Shown here: positions 28,291-40,753 of the stretch, piece after piece
How the letters are laid out: each line of letters opens with the position of its first letter
Position numbering within the stretch: position 1 is the stretch's first letter
NCBI GenBank assembly: GCA_902762495.1
Contig: CACWOL010000006.1
Coordinates: 3,771 to 67,770 of the forward strand
Direction of reading: 5' to 3'
DNA from: an uncultured bacterium
Lineage (GTDB): Bacteria; Verrucomicrobiota; Lentisphaeria; Victivallales; UBA1829
Length of the DNA: 64,000 nt
Made by a program: the position numbers and the translations under genes
The notes under the pieces: model-generated
Database searches by the model: none
Told to the model about the DNA's origin: nothing
What the model saw: the letters and a program-made list of their open reading frames with translations, nothing else

Positions 28291-28544
28291 TCCGAACGGC
28301 CCCGATCTTCAAAAGGTACTACGGAAAACCCACCCCCGACCGACTACCACCGGGGAAGTAGTCGAAACACTCGGCACACTTTCTTTCTTTGCCATGTTCG
28401 CGCGTCGGCCGTTTTTTTTTGATGCTTGCCGCCGCCGGATGCCGCCGAGAATCGCCGCCGGATGCCGCCGCTTGCCCCTGGAGCGACGAAAGGGCCGCGC
28501 CCCTGCGTCGATGCGGATTTATCGGAAAACCCCGTAAAAACGGC

Positions 28545-28573
28545 TTGAAAACGAAAAGGAGACGTGATATATT
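28545..28573 (+). promoter_or_regulatory. sigma70 promoter
   Basis: TTGAAA-17nt-TATATT with an extended -10 TG. Confidence 0.7.
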
Positions 28574-28579
28574 ATCGTC

Positions 28580-28760
28580 GCTCCGGCTGGAACCGGGGCA
28601 AGGGCTATATCCGAGGCGGGGCCAGCACCCCCGCCGAAAATCGGCACGACCGCCGAGGCCCCACGGATTTTTTTCTTTTTATGGGCTTGCCGCTCTGCGT
28701 GAAGTGAGGCCGCTAACCTCGCAAGGTGTTCCAGCACCGACCGCCGAGCGGCTTTTTGTG
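28580..28760 (+). ncRNA. Structured leader or antisense-type regulatory RNA (C4/CI-like)
   Basis: Hairpins CCGG-CTGGAA-CCGG and GGTG-TTCCAG-CACC with complementary loops; GCCG-AAAAT-CGGC hairpin; terminator-like GCCGAGCGGC-TTTTT before the ORF. Confidence 0.5.
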
Positions 28761-28779
28761 CCCGGAAAGGTGTTTCACC

Positions 28780-29394
28780 ATGAAACAGACCACGAACAGC
28801 AAAACCAGCACCAGGAAAGCAACCAGGGCCGCCGCCGGGATGCCAGCGCCGCCGGACGGATCAGCCGCCGCGCTCGATGCCGCCGCCCTTCCTGGAGCGC
28901 CGGACGCGATCCGCGCCGCCGTCGATGCGCTGAAGGCCGCCAGGCCGGATGATATTGCCGACAACCTCGAAAAAGAAGAGTTATGCGAAGATGATTATCT
29001 TGATCTATGCAAAGAGGCAAAAGGCTTTTATCCGCGCAATCCTGCCGAAGTCCTGCACGATTTCAAGGTGCAAAACTGGTATGAGTTTTACAAAACCGCC
29101 GAGCTTGCTTTTTCCGGGTACGACGTGAAGGAGATAGCCGAGGACGCAGATCGGAGCGCAACCGAAAACGCGATCCGAACGATTGTTTACAGATTCCTGC
29201 AACTGAACCATAACGACCGCGCCGCGCTCGATCTATTCGCCGCCGCCGCTCGTTTCAGCGAGGCAGGCGAAAAAGAGATCGATGAGCTTTTGAACAGCAC
29301 CCGCGACGATATCAGCGAGAGGTTCCGCAAGAACTTTTCCGAGGCCCTGCCGCCGGACGTGCTCGAACGGATCATAAAGGAGATTCACCGCTAA
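28780..29394 (+). CDS. Hypothetical protein downstream of the structured leader
   Basis: 204-aa ORF preceded by GAAAGG; acidic, helical C-terminal half. Confidence 0.65.
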   Translation: MKQTTNSKTSTRKATRAAAGMPAPPDGSAAALDAAALPGAPDAIRAAVDALKAARPDDIADNLEKEELCEDDYLDLCKEAKGFYPRNPAEVLHDFKVQNWYEFYKTAELAFSGYDVKEIAEDADRSATENAIRTIVYRFLQLNHNDRAALDLFAAAARFSEAGEKEIDELLNSTRDDISERFRKNFSEALPPDVLERIIKEIHR

Positions 29395-29557
29395 AAGATC
29401 CTCGATCAGACCGAGCCAGCCGGGGAGCCTTGCTTTTTTCTTGCCAGGATTGCCGCCGGATGCCGCCGCGCCTGCTGTTCCCTTCCTGGAGCGAGAAGCG
29501 CCAGCGACCAGCGCCGCCAGTGATCCCCGGCAGGCCGTCGAAACAGCATCCCCGGAC

Positions 29558-29586
29558 TTGCAAAAGCGGGAAAGACGTGATATAGT
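29558..29586 (+). promoter_or_regulatory. sigma70 promoter of the small membrane ORF
   Basis: TTGCAA-17nt-TATAGT with TG; shares AGACGTGATATA with the 28545 promoter. Confidence 0.7.
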
Positions 29587-29612
29587 TCTTCTGCAAACAT
29601 GAGGAAACCAGC

Positions 29613-29786
29613 ATGAATAACGACAGCCCGGCCCCTTTAATCCTCGGATCGATTACCGCCTTTATCCTTGCCATCTATTGCGGTTTTTGGTATGCCGCAA
29701 TCGTGCCGGGGCTTATTCTTTTCGGTTTTATCGTTCTGTATCTTCAAGACCGGGCAGAAAAGCAGGATAAAAAAGGCAAGAAATAG
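29613..29786 (+). CDS. 57-aa two-TM membrane protein (below the ORF-track length cutoff)
   Basis: MNNDSPAPLILGSITAFILAIYCGFWYAAIVPGLILFGFIVLYLQDRAEKQDKKGKK; GAGG RBS; own promoter. Confidence 0.65.
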   Translation: MNNDSPAPLILGSITAFILAIYCGFWYAAIVPGLILFGFIVLYLQDRAEKQDKKGKK

Positions 29787-29929
29787 CCCGAACGCGACCC
29801 GCCGCCGATGTTCCCGGCCTGGACGGACGCCGAACGGATGCCGCCGCCCGAAGCGAAGAAAAGAAAAAACGAGGCGGGAAGAAAGAAAATCAGCATAAAT
29901 AATTCATTTATAGCGAGTTATAAAACATA

Positions 29930-29957
29930 ACGTCGCATAATAGGCATTATGTTAAAT
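29930..29957 (+). other. dif-like XerC/XerD recombination site
   Basis: ACGTCGCATAA-TAGGCA-TTATGTTAAAT: XerD arm 11/11 and XerC arm 7/11 identical to E. coli dif, 6-bp spacer. Confidence 0.75.
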
Positions 29958-30102
29958 CGTTTGAGGTTAAATTGTAGCATTTTTTATGTGTAGCGCCACA
30001 TAACAAGCATAGAAATATAACACGAAAACGACTTGAAAAAACGGAAAACGGAGTTATATTATCATAGACCCGAAACCACCAACCCCGAAAGGATCCCGAT
30101 TC

Positions 30103-30363
30103 ATGGAAAGCCCTTATCCGACCCGAAAAGAAGAGGCTGAAGTATTCAAAGAGGCCGTAGAGCGCCTAAAGATCAAAGGCATAGACGCGCCGCGCTGGTT
30201 TGGAGTTGCCCGGCAGACCCTTGCCAGCTGGACGAGTGGACGCACGACGATCCCGCGAGAAGCTTTTATAATCCTGCTGGAAACGGATAATATCAACTAC
30301 CGCCGGACGCAAGAAAGATTCGATCAGATAGCCGCGACTGTTGAACGGCTGAAGAAACAATAA
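30103..30363 (+). CDS. Small XRE/Cro-like HTH protein
   Basis: APRWFGVARQTLASWTSGRTTIP HTH pattern; promoter TTGAAA-16nt-TATATT at 30033-30060; RBS AAAGGA. Confidence 0.65.
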   Translation: MESPYPTRKEEAEVFKEAVERLKIKGIDAPRWFGVARQTLASWTSGRTTIPREAFIILLETDNINYRRTQERFDQIAATVERLKKQ

Positions 30364-30406
30364 CCGCGACCGCGCCAGGGAACTGGATACCAAGTCCCAA
30401 AAAGGG

Positions 30407-30448
30407 AGCCGCCCCCGTTATGAAGATCACACGGGAGCGGCTTTTTTT
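30407..30448 (+). terminator. Intrinsic terminator at the right end of the element
   Basis: AGCCGC-CCCCGT/ACGGGA-GCGGCT stem plus T7. Confidence 0.6.
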
Positions 30449-30553
30449 CTTCTGTTCTGTATTGTGCGTATTATCTTCAGTACAAACAAGAAATAATACG
30501 CACAAGAAAAACAAGAAATAAGCTCAAAAGATAGGGCTTGAATAGGGCGCGTG

Positions 30554-32197
<1,644 letters not shown>

Positions 32198-32243
32198 GAT
32201 ATGATATCTCCTGTGATGAATCTGTTAAAAAATGTGGGTGGTG

Positions 32244-32543
32244 TCAGCCGACGATGGCGAGGATGTCGCTGGAGCTGAGGATCTTGTATTCCTTGTCGTT
32301 GAACTTGATCTCGGTCCCGCCGTACTTGCTGGTCAGGACGATGTCGCCGACCTTGACGTCGAATTTGGAACGGGTGCCGTCGTCGTTGAGCTTGCCGGTA
32401 CCGAGCGCGATGACCTTCGCGGACATGGGTTTTTCCTTCGCGGTGTCGGGGATGTAGATGCCGCCCTTGATCTGTTCGACTTCTTCGACGGGTTCCACGA
32501 GGACGCGATCGCCCAGGGGCTGGATTTTCTGCGTTTTTGCCAT
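32244..32543 (-). CDS. groS: Co-chaperonin GroES
   Basis: [30 protein letters not shown]. Confidence 0.98.
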   Translation of the reverse strand: MAKTQKIQPLGDRVLVEPVEEVEQIKGGIYIPDTAKEKPMSAKVIALGTGKLNDDGTRSKFDVKVGDIVLTSKYGGTEIKFNDKEYKILSSSDILAIVG

Positions 32544-32676
32544 GATTGCATGACTCCTTGTTTGGTTGTGCGGATGCCTCCGCTGTTTGCTGAGGTTCGC
32601 GGAGGCACCCTTGTGTATTTGTTATGGGTTATTGATTCAGGATCGTTGTACCTGTGTTTCGATCTCGATCTTCGGC

Positions 32677-34587
<1,911 letters not shown>

Positions 34588-34650
34588 AGTAACTGTCCTT
34601 TCCTGTAAAAGGTTTTGTTGTTTTTTGTTTGAGACTTCGCCTTCGAATTA

Positions 34651-34666
34651 AGCATACATGATGCCA
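34651..34666 (-). promoter_or_regulatory. Putative sigma54 (-24/-12) promoter of dnaK-groES-groEL
   Basis: TGGCATCATGTATGCT: GG-N10-GC spacing, 63 nt upstream of the dnaK ATG. Confidence 0.55.
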
Positions 34667-34762
34667 AGTTTTTGACGTTCTCAAAAATAATTCATCTACA
34701 GTTAGTTACGAAAGACGATTGCCGGCATTGTCCGTTGTTCGGCGCTTTTTTGGGTGTCTCAC

Positions 34763-34792
34763 TGTGCCACAATGTCACAAAAAACTGGCACA
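34763..34792. promoter_or_regulatory. Putative enhancer (UAS) palindrome
   Basis: TGTGCCA-N16-TGGCACA, ~100-125 bp upstream of the -24 element. Confidence 0.4.
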
Positions 34793-34820
34793 AGTGCGTC
34801 CCATCCTCTTTTTATAAAAC

Positions 34821-35432
34821 TCATGCCGGCTTGGATGCCGTCGCTCGGATCGCGCCCAGACAATGGATCCGTACGACGCGGTTGCCGTCAGTTTCCGAGA
34901 TCGTACGCAGCTGTTCGATGTATGGACGCACAAACTCCGGTCTGCGTTTGCCGAGGACGCGGAAGATTTCCGGCGCTTCCATGCGGACTTTGTCGTCGGT
35001 GTCGTGCAGGAGTTCCGCGAAGACCGGCATGAAAGGTCCGTATGGATCGGGCGTGTGCGTGGCGATGTTCTCCGATGCCCAGATGAAGCTCAGTCGGACA
35101 TTTGCCTCTTTGTCGCGGGCGAACCGGAACAGGTCGATCCAGTACGGTTCGATCAGGGTGAAATCACCGCGCCCGATCCTGCCGAGTGCGTTGACGGCGC
35201 GTTCCCGTAGAAGCGGTTCCGCGCAGGAGAGAAAAGGCGCAACTTCGGAAACGCCGTCCTTCAGAGCGGAAGGAAACGCGAGGCCCATTTCTCCGAGAAG
35301 CCAGAGAGCTTTCGCCCGGATTCTGACCGATTCCGAGTGCAGGAGCGGCAGGACATAGGGTATATTCTCCTCCCACAGTTCCCTGTGCTTTGTCAGAATC
35401 CCAAGCTCTTTGTAAAGCTCCGATTCGGTCAT
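34821..35432 (-). CDS. HEAT-repeat protein
   Basis: Repeated VRxxAxxALGxIG / VRMEAPE helical motifs. Confidence 0.7.
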   Translation of the reverse strand: MTESELYKELGILTKHRELWEENIPYVLPLLHSESVRIRAKALWLLGEMGLAFPSALKDGVSEVAPFLSCAEPLLRERAVNALGRIGRGDFTLIEPYWIDLFRFARDKEANVRLSFIWASENIATHTPDPYGPFMPVFAELLHDTDDKVRMEAPEIFRVLGKRRPEFVRPYIEQLRTISETDGNRVVRIHCLGAIRATASKPA

Positions 35433-35570
35433 TATGCCTTTGTCCTATGGTTTCCGGTTTGTCTCAACAGAAAAACGAGCCCGGTTCCGTTTTCGGGAAA
35501 CCGGGCCCTGGAATGATTAACTCCGTGCCGGAGCGAAGCCCGGCACTACCGCAGTGGAGACTTTGTCTCC

Positions 35571-36791
35571 TTACGCCTGCTTGCCGCAGTATTTGAGATA
35601 CTTCGGATACAGCGCGTGCAGGATGCCGTATTCGAGGCCGCGGAGTTCGGCGAGGCCCTTCAAGCGCCCGAGCGCGGAGTAGCCGGGCGTGATGGGCGCG
35701 GTCGCGTCCAGGTCGTTTGCGATCACATGGCCGTGGTCGGGACGCATCACGATGCGCCAGTCCTTGCGGCCCGCTTCGATGCGGCGGATCTGCTCCTCGA
35801 TCACGGCCTTGACCATGCCGTACATGTCCACGACGCCTTCCAGGTGGTTGGCCTCATAGAAATTGCCTTCGGGCGTGTGCTCGGTGCTGCGCAGGTGGAC
35901 GAATCCGACGCGGTCGGCGCAGGATTTGAACATCGGCACGAGGTCGTTTTCCGCGCGTCCGCTGAACGAGCCGGTGCAGAAGCAAACGCCGTTTGCCGGG
36001 CTGTCGTCCATCGCCAGGAGCTCGGTCACATCCTGCGCCGTGCTGAAAATGCGCGGCAGGCCGAGCATCGGGAACGGCGGATCGTCGGGGTGGATGACGA
36101 GCCGGCAGCCGGCCTCTTCGGCGGCGGGGCAGACGGAGTTGAGGAACGCCTTGTGGTTCGCCTTGAGTTCGGCTCGGCCGATCTTGTCGTAGCGGGACAG
36201 CATGGCGCGGACGTCGTCGAGCGTGACGCCCTTGAAGCCGGGGAAGTTGTCCACGATGTCGAGCTCGAACTGCTTCGCTTCTTCGCGGGACATGCTTTCG
36301 AAGAGCTTTTTCGCGCGTTCCACGATCTCCGGCGCGAAATCCGCCTCGGCGTTCTTCCGCTGGAGGATGAAGATGTCGAATGCCGCGAACTTGGTGCGGT
36401 TGAAGAAGAGCGTGCGGGATCCGTCCGGGAGCTCGTAATTCAGGTCGGTGCGGACCCAGTCCAGCACGGGCATGAAGTTGTAGGTGATGACGGAGAGGCC
36501 GCACTTGCCGAGGTTGCGGAGCGAGATGCGGTAGTTTTCGTACAGCTCCTCGTAGTTGCCGGTCTTCGTCTTGATGTTCTCATGGACGGGGAGGCTTTCG
36601 ACGGCGCTCCAGGTCAGCCCGGCGCGTTCGATCATCTCCTTGCGTTCCATGATGTCCTTCACGGTCCAGACTTCGCCGTACGGGATCTGATGCAGCGAGG
36701 TCACGACGCCGGTCGCGCCGGTCTGGCGGATCGTTTGAAGCGAAACCGGGTCGTTCGGCCCGAACCAGCGGAACGATTCTTCCATCAGCAT
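35571..36791 (-). CDS. uxuA: Mannonate dehydratase
   Basis: FRWFGPNDPV, YNFMPVLDWVRT, IHPDDPP, RPDHGH, PGYSALGRLKGLAELRGL. Confidence 0.95.
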   Translation of the reverse strand: MLMEESFRWFGPNDPVSLQTIRQTGATGVVTSLHQIPYGEVWTVKDIMERKEMIERAGLTWSAVESLPVHENIKTKTGNYEELYENYRISLRNLGKCGLSVITYNFMPVLDWVRTDLNYELPDGSRTLFFNRTKFAAFDIFILQRKNAEADFAPEIVERAKKLFESMSREEAKQFELDIVDNFPGFKGVTLDDVRAMLSRYDKIGRAELKANHKAFLNSVCPAAEEAGCRLVIHPDDPPFPMLGLPRIFSTAQDVTELLAMDDSPANGVCFCTGSFSGRAENDLVPMFKSCADRVGFVHLRSTEHTPEGNFYEANHLEGVVDMYGMVKAVIEEQIRRIEAGRKDWRIVMRPDHGHVIANDLDATAPITPGYSALGRLKGLAELRGLEYGILHALYPKYLKYCGKQA

Positions 36792-36819
36792 GGTGTGGTC
36801 TCCTGGGGTTGAGGCGAGA

Positions 36820-37641
36820 TTAGATGCCGGAGAAGGAGGAGAAGCCGCCGTCGACCGGAATGATCGCGCCGGTCACGAAGCTGGCGGCGTCGGAGAGCAG
36901 GTAGTGGATGCAGCCGTAGACCTCGCTCTGGTCGCCGAAACGGCCCATCGGAGTCTTCGCGACGACCTGCTTGCCGCGCGGCGTGTAGGAGCCGTCCTCG
37001 TTCACGAGGAGCGCGCGGTTCTGCTTGCCGAGGAAGAATCCGGGGGCGATGGCGTTCACGCGGAGACCTTCGCCGAACTTCATGCCAAACTCCATCGCGA
37101 GCCAGCGGGTCAGGTTGTCGATCGCGCCCTTGGCGTTCGAGTAGCCGATGCCGCGGGAGATCGCCTGTTTCGCCGCCATGCTGGAGAAGTTCACGATCGC
37201 GCCTTTCTTCTGCTGGACCATCGCCTTCACGAAGACGATCGTCGGGAGCAGCGTGCCCTTCAAATTCAGGTCGAGCACCTTCTCGTACTGGTCGAACTGG
37301 AGGTCGAAGATGGTCTGGTCGGGATTGACCATCGCGCCCGCCATGTTGCCGCCCGCGCCGTTCACCAGCGCATCCACGCGGCCGTGTTCCGCCATGACCT
37401 TCTCATAGACGGATTCGATCATGGCGCGGTCAAGCACGTTGCACGCGTAGCCGGACACCTTCGGGGAGATGGTGGCCTTCGCGTCGGCGACGATCTGGTC
37501 CACGACTTCCTGTTTCAGGTCCAGCATCACGACTTTCGCGCCCTGTTCCAGCAGATAGCGGGCGGTCCCGCCGGCGAGCACGCCTGCGGCTCCGGTTACG
37601 ACGATGACGCGGTCTTCGAGATCGAACAAGCTGTTTTTCAT
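36820..37641 (-). CDS. uxuB: D-mannonate oxidoreductase (SDR family)
   Basis: TGAAGVL, NGAGGN, YSNAK, NAIAPGFF; adjacent to uxuA. Confidence 0.85.
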   Translation of the reverse strand: MKNSLFDLEDRVIVVTGAAGVLAGGTARYLLEQGAKVVMLDLKQEVVDQIVADAKATISPKVSGYACNVLDRAMIESVYEKVMAEHGRVDALVNGAGGNMAGAMVNPDQTIFDLQFDQYEKVLDLNLKGTLLPTIVFVKAMVQQKKGAIVNFSSMAAKQAISRGIGYSNAKGAIDNLTRWLAMEFGMKFGEGLRVNAIAPGFFLGKQNRALLVNEDGSYTPRGKQVVAKTPMGRFGDQSEVYGCIHYLLSDAASFVTGAIIPVDGGFSSFSGI

Positions 37642-38121
37642 GAGAAAAGCTCCTGAATTGAAAAAAGTTATGTGAGTGCAGTATTATTGAACGAGAAAAG
37701 TCGTTTAACTGAAGAAATAATATACACCGGGAATCCCTCTTTTGCAATCTTTTTTCTCCGATCCTGTTATTTTTTGACATTCTCTGTCAGTTTTTTTCGA
37801 AATGATCCTTTTTCCATCCCTTGAAGTCGTGCTGCCATTTCGAAAAAAGGATTCGATCCGGAATCAGAGAATGTTGATTTCACAGATGCTGAGAAAGAGA
37901 AAGATTTTTTGTTTTTCCCCGGAATTGTCTAAACCCCCTGTGCGGATTATATTTTTTTTCTAAAAAAGAAAAGCGATTGGGTTGAAAACAAGGGAAAAAA
38001 ATATATATTATATTGTAAAAATAGCGTATAATTCATTGCGAACAGGAGAGAAAAACAAATGTTACGCAAGAAAAACAAAACGAGCGCGGGGGTTGCGGCA
38101 CATTTGGGATGCAGCTCAGAT

Positions 38122-38175
38122 ATCCGGTCAGCCGCCGTTAAGGGTACGGTTCTGACGATCCGGTCAGCCGCCGTT
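38122..38175 (+). repeat. 18-bp direct repeat ATCCGGTCAGCCGCCGTT (36-nt period) in the cpaB leader
   Basis: Copies at 38122-38139 and 38158-38175. Confidence 0.7.
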
Positions 38176-38237
38176 GAGAATCCAATATCCAGCATGAATC
38201 AAACATATCAAATACCAGATGAAATGAGGTCAACCAT

Positions 38238-39056
38238 ATGAAAAATGTCATTCCTTTGATCGTAGCCGTTTTACTCGGACTTGCGGCAGTCTATGTGGTG
38301 AGCCACTTTTTGATCGAGAACAAAAGTTCGGAGCAGGAAACGCAAGTGTCCGTCGTGGTCGCGGCCCGCGACCTTGAAGCGGGCGAGGAACTTCTGCCGG
38401 GCGCATGTTCTTTCAAAAACGTGCCGGAATCGGCTGTCCCCCAGTCCGCGATCATGTGGGAGAGCGTCAGCCTGACCTACGGCCAGAAGATTCCGCACGC
38501 GATCAAACGCGGCAATTACGTCCTGTTCGAGGATATTCAGCTGAACCTTTCCCTCGCGGACTGCGTTGCTTCCGGCAAATGGCTGATCCCGGTGACGTTC
38601 TCCGATCCGACCCTCGTGAAAATGCTGAAGCCCCAGGACGAGATCGCAATCGCGGCCGCCTATACCCACTCCGAGGTCATCAAGCCGAAACTTTCAACGG
38701 AGGAACTGCTCGAAAACCCGGAAGAAGCTGAGAAGGCGGACGTGCAGATGGAACGTGAAACGGTCATCCTCTTCCCCTGCATCGAGGTGATTGGCATCGA
38801 CAACAGCAACGGCCTCTTCCGCGAATCGGGAAACTCGACCGCCACGATCTACGTTTCCCTGCCGCCACGGCAGGCGACGATCCTGCTGGCAGCCCAGCAG
38901 GAAGCGGAACTCTATCCGATCCTCCGCAGAAGAAACGATCCGTCCGCGCGGAGCCGTGCGGAAATCGGCTCCGTGAACAAGAAAACATTCGAAAACGTGC
39001 GTTCCGGTCTGGATACGACAGTGCTTCCGAACGAAAACACAACCACCTCGAACTGA
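38238..39056 (+). CDS. cpaB: Flp pilus assembly protein CpaB/RcpC (SAF domain)
   Basis: N-terminal TM, VVVAARDLEAGEEL (SAF), LKPQDEIAI, C-terminal LYPILRRRND. Confidence 0.85.
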   Translation: MKNVIPLIVAVLLGLAAVYVVSHFLIENKSSEQETQVSVVVAARDLEAGEELLPGACSFKNVPESAVPQSAIMWESVSLTYGQKIPHAIKRGNYVLFEDIQLNLSLADCVASGKWLIPVTFSDPTLVKMLKPQDEIAIAAAYTHSEVIKPKLSTEELLENPEEAEKADVQMERETVILFPCIEVIGIDNSNGLFRESGNSTATIYVSLPPRQATILLAAQQEAELYPILRRRNDPSARSRAEIGSVNKKTFENVRSGLDTTVLPNENTTTSN

Positions 39057-39069
39057 ACGGCGGTAAAGT

Positions 39070-40746
39070 ATGAAAAAACTGAAGACAGTTATTCTTTCTC
39101 TGGCAATCGCGGCCCTGCCTCTTCCCGGCATGGCGCAGGCGGTTCAGCAACCATCCGCTATCCCGGCCCAGCAGGAACAACCGGGCGAGACTCAAATATC
39201 CCAGGAAGATCTCGCGAAGGCGATCACTCAGGCTCTGATCCAACAGGGGGATTCCGCCGATCAGGGCATGATGCAGGAACAGGTCTCCATTACCGTCGGC
39301 GAAAAACGCGTGCTGAACGTGCCGTTTTCCATCGAATCCTGCAAGTCGGATTCGTCGAACATCAAAATCGAACGGGTTACCGGCAGCACGTTCGAGATAT
39401 CCGGGGCTTCCCCCGGCCAGGCCGTCATCACCGTCCATGCGGGCGGCCTCGAAAAGGAATATCATGTCACGGTGTACAACTCCACGCTTCAGACGTATCA
39501 GGAACTCAGCCGTCTGCTTGAGGAGCTTCCCGAAATCACGCTGCAGATGTACGACGGCGGACTGGTCCTCCGCGGCATCGTGACGCAGCCCATCCACTGG
39601 GATTATTTCCGCCGTATCATGCAGTCCTACGAGAACAGATGCGACAACTACGTCTCCTTCATCCCGGACACGAAACTGATCAACGACCTGAAAAAACAGC
39701 TGGCGGATGCCGGATTCCCCGTGGAGGAAAAATCCGGGCCCGAATATCCCGGCAAACTGACCATGAACCTGACCGGGACCGTTCTGACCGTGCGGGGTTA
39801 TCTGTATTCCGAGCAGGGCATTCAGACGGTCCAGTCCATTCTTTCCGCGCAGCGCTGGCTGAATCCGGAATGGAACGCGAACAACGTCACGCTCCAAACC
39901 GACCTGAGGATCACGCCTGCCCAGATCGACCTCGGGGTCGTGTTCGTCGGCGTGAAGCGGACTCAGCTGGAACGTCTCGGGAACGCCTCGGCGGATGGCA
40001 CGGTCCTGACCTGGGATGTTGCCAACTGGTTCAAGGCCCTGTACGGCGGCACCATGGATGCGATCAACAGTCACGGCAGCCAGCACGCGGGTACTTCAGT
40101 TACGCTCAAAACGAACCTGAAAGGATCGTTGGTGTTCTTCGGGCAGAACGGGGTCTCCGATTTCCGCGACGCCGGGCATATCACGCTCACAAGCAACGGC
40201 GGGGAATCCTCTTTCGAGAATGGCGGCACGCGCCAGGTAAAGGTGTACGGGGAGAATTCTGCCGACCTGAAGGAAATCGAATTCGGCCTGAAGTACAAGG
40301 CACAGGCGTTTCTCCAGGAGGACAACACGGTCAAGCTGGACCTCGAACTGGAACGGAGCCTGCCTCCGGTCCGGGACGACAATGACTATGTCCAGAGCAA
40401 GAGCAAGACGAAAACATCCCTGATCTGTCCGCTCGGACAAACCGCCATCATAGCAGGCCAGAAGGAAATGACGTTCAACCACTCCGGTCCGGGCGGCTAT
40501 GCGTTCCTTCGGCATATCCCGGTCATCAACTGGTTCGCCTCTTCCTCGGAGGAAAAGGGCGAAGAAAACCAGATCCTCATCCTTGTATCTCCCGAACTGA
40601 TGCATCAGGACACGCAGATGTCCACCCGTCCGTCCGAGGAGAACGCCTCGCTGGAGCAGGAAGTTTCCGAGCGGGTCAACGAGGAAAATCAGAAAGTTCT
40701 GGATAACGAACAGAAAACGTGGTTCCAGCGGATGTTCACGTGGTGA
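39070..40746 (+). CDS. cpaC: Tad secretin CpaC/RcpA-like
   Basis: Signal peptide; pilus-assembly N-domain; C-terminal secretin motifs (LRHIPVINWF, ILILVSPELM). Confidence 0.78.
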   Translation: MKKLKTVILSLAIAALPLPGMAQAVQQPSAIPAQQEQPGETQISQEDLAKAITQALIQQGDSADQGMMQEQVSITVGEKRVLNVPFSIESCKSDSSNIKIERVTGSTFEISGASPGQAVITVHAGGLEKEYHVTVYNSTLQTYQELSRLLEELPEITLQMYDGGLVLRGIVTQPIHWDYFRRIMQSYENRCDNYVSFIPDTKLINDLKKQLADAGFPVEEKSGPEYPGKLTMNLTGTVLTVRGYLYSEQGIQTVQSILSAQRWLNPEWNANNVTLQTDLRITPAQIDLGVVFVGVKRTQLERLGNASADGTVLTWDVANWFKALYGGTMDAINSHGSQHAGTSVTLKTNLKGSLVFFGQNGVSDFRDAGHITLTSNGGESSFENGGTRQVKVYGENSADLKEIEFGLKYKAQAFLQEDNTVKLDLELERSLPPVRDDNDYVQSKSKTKTSLICPLGQTAIIAGQKEMTFNHSGPGGYAFLRHIPVINWFASSSEEKGEENQILILVSPELMHQDTQMSTRPSEENASLEQEVSERVNEENQKVLDNEQKTWFQRMFTW

Positions 40747-40753
40747 CTCAGCC

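Noticed and set aside
34588-34820. CIRCE or sigma32 elements upstream of dnaK/groES
   Set aside because: Looked for by eye and not found
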